Origin: Saccharolobus solfataricus
GTDB lineage: Archaea > Thermoproteota > Thermoprotei_A > Sulfolobales > Sulfolobaceae
Length of the DNA stretch: 32,000 nt
Direction: 5' to 3'
Assembly: GCF_900079115.1 (NCBI RefSeq)
Contig: NZ_LT549890.1
Location: 1,500,001-1,532,000 of the forward strand
Shown here in pieces: positions 29,295 to 32,000 of the stretch. Positions within the stretch are counted from its first letter, which is position 1, and every line of letters starts with the position of its first letter. The notes below the pieces were generated by a model. That model was not told the DNA's origin. It saw only the letters and a program-made list of their open reading frames with translations, and did no database searches. A program made the position numbers and the translations under genes.

Positions 29295-29993
29295 ATGAGC
29301 TTTGATCCAATATATTTCCTAACTCCCATAATAGTGATGGTGTTCTCTTTCGGAATGGTATATAAGCTAGTTAAGTCTATCAAAGTATTAATGTTTTCTG
29401 CACTAGCTTATTTCATAGCTATCGTATTAAAGGTTTTAGTACAATTTTTTACCTTAGGTTATTTAGCATCAATTAATAGTTTAGCAGTTTTAGGTTTATA
29501 TTATGGGTTGCAAACTTCCATATTTGAAGTCGGTCTAGCTTACGTCTTTGCACTATTGGGGAAGTTAAAGAATGGTTGGGGTTATGGAGTGTCTTTAGCG
29601 ATGTGGGAAAACGGAGTATTAATATCAATACCCACGCTCTTTATATACATAGCCTATTACTTTTTTCCGTTAATACTATCTACTCCCTCACAACTAGAAT
29701 ATCCAATTACACAAGCACTACCACTCATCGGGCTTAGCATACTTGAAAGGGTCTCGTCACTTCTAATTCATTCATCATGGGGATATCTCTCAGTATTAAG
29801 CGTTATTACGGGGAGAAAAAGATTGATCTTAGTGGCTTTTCCAATGGGTTTCGTGGACTTTCTAGTACCATTCGAGAAGTACCTCGGAATATTGACATTT
29901 GAGTTTATTTTCTTCTGTATTGGATTAATTTGTTTAGTTATGGCTTGGTCTTTGGGAAAATATTATCGTTCAACCTCCTCTAAGGATACGTAA
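29295..29993 (+). CDS. Polytopic membrane protein, possibly a YhfC-type intramembrane metalloprotease
   Basis: AGGTGA Shine-Dalgarno motif (29283-29288) overlaps the upstream stop. Motifs FEVGLAY and LSILERVSSLLIHSSWG resemble the Glu/His motifs of YhfC/CPBP-like proteins. Confidence 0.45.
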   Translation: MSFDPIYFLTPIIVMVFSFGMVYKLVKSIKVLMFSALAYFIAIVLKVLVQFFTLGYLASINSLAVLGLYYGLQTSIFEVGLAYVFALLGKLKNGWGYGVSLAMWENGVLISIPTLFIYIAYYFFPLILSTPSQLEYPITQALPLIGLSILERVSSLLIHSSWGYLSVLSVITGRKRLILVAFPMGFVDFLVPFEKYLGILTFEFIFFCIGLICLVMAWSLGKYYRSTSSKDT

Positions 29994-31270
29994 TTCGTAT
30001 CTATACCTTTAAAGTACCATATTATTGTAGCAATACCTCCAATTAGCCACAGTATCGTGTTATACAATATGTAATTAGTTAAATTAAAGGATTGAGTAAC
30101 ATAAGTTGAGATCGCATATGCGGTAATTGGAACGAGCCTAATTAGGCCTATCATGAACGCCCTCAACTTCTTTGGCATTAACACAGGTTCGTATATCGTC
30201 CTAATTGCCCAGCTAAATTCACTAAACAACATATTGACAATTAGTAATGAGTAAAACATTCCGAAGTTGAAGTTAGTGGTTAGGTATAGAATTGGAATCA
30301 TACTAAGACTACCTCCCACATATGATATTAACGCGAAGATTCTGGTCCTTATCTTGTTCGCAATATACGCTGCTATAAAACCAGAAATTGAAGCCCCTAA
30401 ATTTGCTATGAAGATAATGAAAGGGGTTTGTGACGAGGAGAAATAATAGTCTGCGACCACAAATGCCATTAAGCCATAGGTTAAATATTGAGAAAGTCCT
30501 ATTATAGCTAGAAATGCGTATCTAGAACCTAAACTTAGCTTTTTGTTCACATTAACTTCTTTTGCTTCTGTTGTACCGTCTTTTACAACCTTGCTAGCCT
30601 CAATTTTTGCCTTATTTATATCTCCTTTAGTTGCCAACCATCTTACAGATTCTGGTAACAATAGCCTTATTATCACTGCCGTAACAATGCCCAATATTGC
30701 GACAACGGTAAGGGCTAAGAGTTCTATTATGAAAGAATTTGAAAGGCTATACGTTAAATACCCAACTAGAGCAGCTACCATTGCGCCAATATTGTCGAAA
30801 TTTGGAGCCAATACTAACATCATATCTCTGTATTTGAGAGGCATCATCTCTGCAGTATATGATAGCATCACTGGGACTTCACCCTCAACTCCAAATATTC
30901 CTAAAACTATTCCTAAGATTATTAGAATTAATGAAGGGAATTTTGCTAGATTATCTGTACTGAAACCAGCTAAGACTGACGCTAAAACTAGTAATATGGT
31001 TCCAACAGAATATAGTGACATTGTAATGAAGAAGGTGGTCTTCCTACCCAACTTCTTATCTGAAAATAATGAAAGTGCTAAGTTACCTGCTAGTGTTGCA
31101 AATGTTGGGGTTAGTAGGAATAATACACTATTTATATTAGGATAAATTAAGGGAGCAATAGAAGCAATTACTCCCCACATGAAGTAACCTATTGCAAGTG
31201 AGGCAAACATTAGCGAATGTATTGAAGTCCACTTTGCCGTATCGATTAGTCTCTCAATACTCTTCTCCAT
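29963..31270 (-). CDS. MFS transporter
   Basis: About 12 TM segments in 435 aa, with a motif A-like sequence LFSDKKLGRKTTF between TM2 and TM3. Confidence 0.8.
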   Translation of the reverse strand: MEKSIERLIDTAKWTSIHSLMFASLAIGYFMWGVIASIAPLIYPNINSVLFLLTPTFATLAGNLALSLFSDKKLGRKTTFFITMSLYSVGTILLVLASVLAGFSTDNLAKFPSLILIILGIVLGIFGVEGEVPVMLSYTAEMMPLKYRDMMLVLAPNFDNIGAMVAALVGYLTYSLSNSFIIELLALTVVAILGIVTAVIIRLLLPESVRWLATKGDINKAKIEASKVVKDGTTEAKEVNVNKKLSLGSRYAFLAIIGLSQYLTYGLMAFVVADYYFSSSQTPFIIFIANLGASISGFIAAYIANKIRTRIFALISYVGGSLSMIPILYLTTNFNFGMFYSLLIVNMLFSEFSWAIRTIYEPVLMPKKLRAFMIGLIRLVPITAYAISTYVTQSFNLTNYILYNTILWLIGGIATIIWYFKGIDTNYVSLEEVER

Positions 31271-31406
31271 ATGTAAAAATGATAATTAGTAACTTATAAA
31301 GTCACTTATTTTGAATTTTTAATAGACCATCACCAAATCAGCCCTGAGACCACTCTTCACCTCTCAAGTCCTGCCCACTCATTCCTCTTCAACGAAATAT
31401 AAAAAC

Positions 31407-31949
31407 CTAATCGTCTCCTTTAAATAATAATTCAACAATAGTGTTTCTAATATCGTAGGCTATCTTTTTACCTAATTCAGTACCTGGGCCTATGAAATAT
31501 TCGTTTCCAGGTAAAGAGCCAACTGCAATTGCATCACTTACAGTACCCGTAAACTTATATCCCAAATCCCTTAAAGCTCCAGCCTTAGCCTCTGTTACTG
31601 TTCTTATTAAGTCAACTAATCCATTAATGTTTAACCCTTTATCAACAAACACCCCAATATTAATAGTACAACCTGCATCCTCACCGCTTCTCCCAATTCC
31701 AGCACTGATGAAAAATTTACCCCAATCAGTTTCTTTAAAAGTGTAATTCTTTGCAGCAGTCATGAACATTATGGCAGATTTAGAGGGACACCAGTTAATT
31801 ACATCTCCCCAAGGGTTACCACTACAATAACTTTTATCAACGAAAATACTACAAATTTGGTTAACTCTAATTATTCCTTCTGGATATAAAGCTGAAGTTA
31901 AAATTATGTACTCTTTTCCAAGATCAAACCTAACAATTTTTGGCTCCAT
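31407..31949 (-). CDS. CbiZ-like adenosylcobinamide amidohydrolase
   Basis: 180 aa. TVTEAKAGALRDLG and TGTVSDAIAVGS resemble conserved CbiZ (PF01955) blocks as I remember them. Confidence 0.5.
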   Translation of the reverse strand: MEPKIVRFDLGKEYIILTSALYPEGIIRVNQICSIFVDKSYCSGNPWGDVINWCPSKSAIMFMTAAKNYTFKETDWGKFFISAGIGRSGEDAGCTINIGVFVDKGLNINGLVDLIRTVTEAKAGALRDLGYKFTGTVSDAIAVGSLPGNEYFIGPGTELGKKIAYDIRNTIVELLFKGDD

Positions 31950-32000
31950 TAATCAAAGGTTTATTATCAATCTTTAAATTAATTTAGGTTGAAACAACTA

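Noticed and set aside
30543-31145. 200-aa plus-strand ORF inside the MFS transporter gene
   Set aside because: It is antisense to a 435-aa ORF with clear MFS topology and motif A. Its translation is low-complexity (Ser/Thr/Ala/Ile-rich), as expected for the mirror frame of a hydrophobic gene.
31271-31406. Moderately GC-rich spacer (…CCATCACCAAATCAGCCCTGAGACCACTCTTCACCTCTCAAGTCCTGCCCACTC…) between the MFS and CbiZ-like genes
   Set aside because: I could identify no repeat partner, ORF or obvious secondary structure. It may be a relic, but I have nothing to support a call.
31492-31746. 84-aa plus-strand ORF
   Set aside because: It is antisense within the CbiZ-like gene.
1-32000. CRISPR arrays, rRNA and tRNA genes
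   Set aside because: I found no regularly spaced direct repeats. The few GC-rich islands (about 6300-6350, 7410-7470 and 25040-25095) do not fold into cloverleaf-like arrangements or show tRNA T-loop consensus, and they are better explained as IS or MITE termini.

Overview
AT-rich, IS-laden archaeal sequence. Gene content, GGTGA-type Shine-Dalgarno motifs before internal operon genes and TTTAAAT-type TATA boxes suggest a Sulfolobales (Sulfolobus/Saccharolobus-like) chromosome; this is inference, no search was run. Main content, left to right: (1) a frameshifted DUF4143-type AAA ATPase and a lone IS607-type serine recombinase. (2) A class I flavoprotein disulfide oxidoreductase. (3) A compact three-gene unit missing from the ORF track in its first member: a 28-codon ORF (4326-4412), a radical SAM/SPASM enzyme, and a translationally coupled metallo-beta-lactamase-fold protein. 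I read this as a candidate archaeal RiPP or peptide-derived-cofactor locus, and it is the most interesting thing in the window. (4) A decayed IS. (5) A quinol-type nitric oxide reductase gene cleanly split by an intact 1443-bp IS with 19-bp terminal inverted repeats and a 5-bp target duplication. (6) A five-gene molybdopterin oxidoreductase cluster with the same architecture as Acidianus SreABCDE: Tat-exported catalytic subunit, 4-cluster FeS subunit, NrfD-type anchor, polyferredoxin, TorD-like chaperone. (7) A divergent methionine-rich NapH/NosR-like membrane ferredoxin, followed by a polytopic membrane protein and a heavily sequon-decorated anchored surface protein. (8) An IS1-family remnant. 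(9) A YtrA-type GntR regulator operon with two membrane proteins and a perfect palindrome over its start codon. (10) An MFS transporter and a CbiZ-like gene. I saw no CRISPR array, rRNA or tRNA. All homology statements come from motif recognition by eye and need database confirmation.
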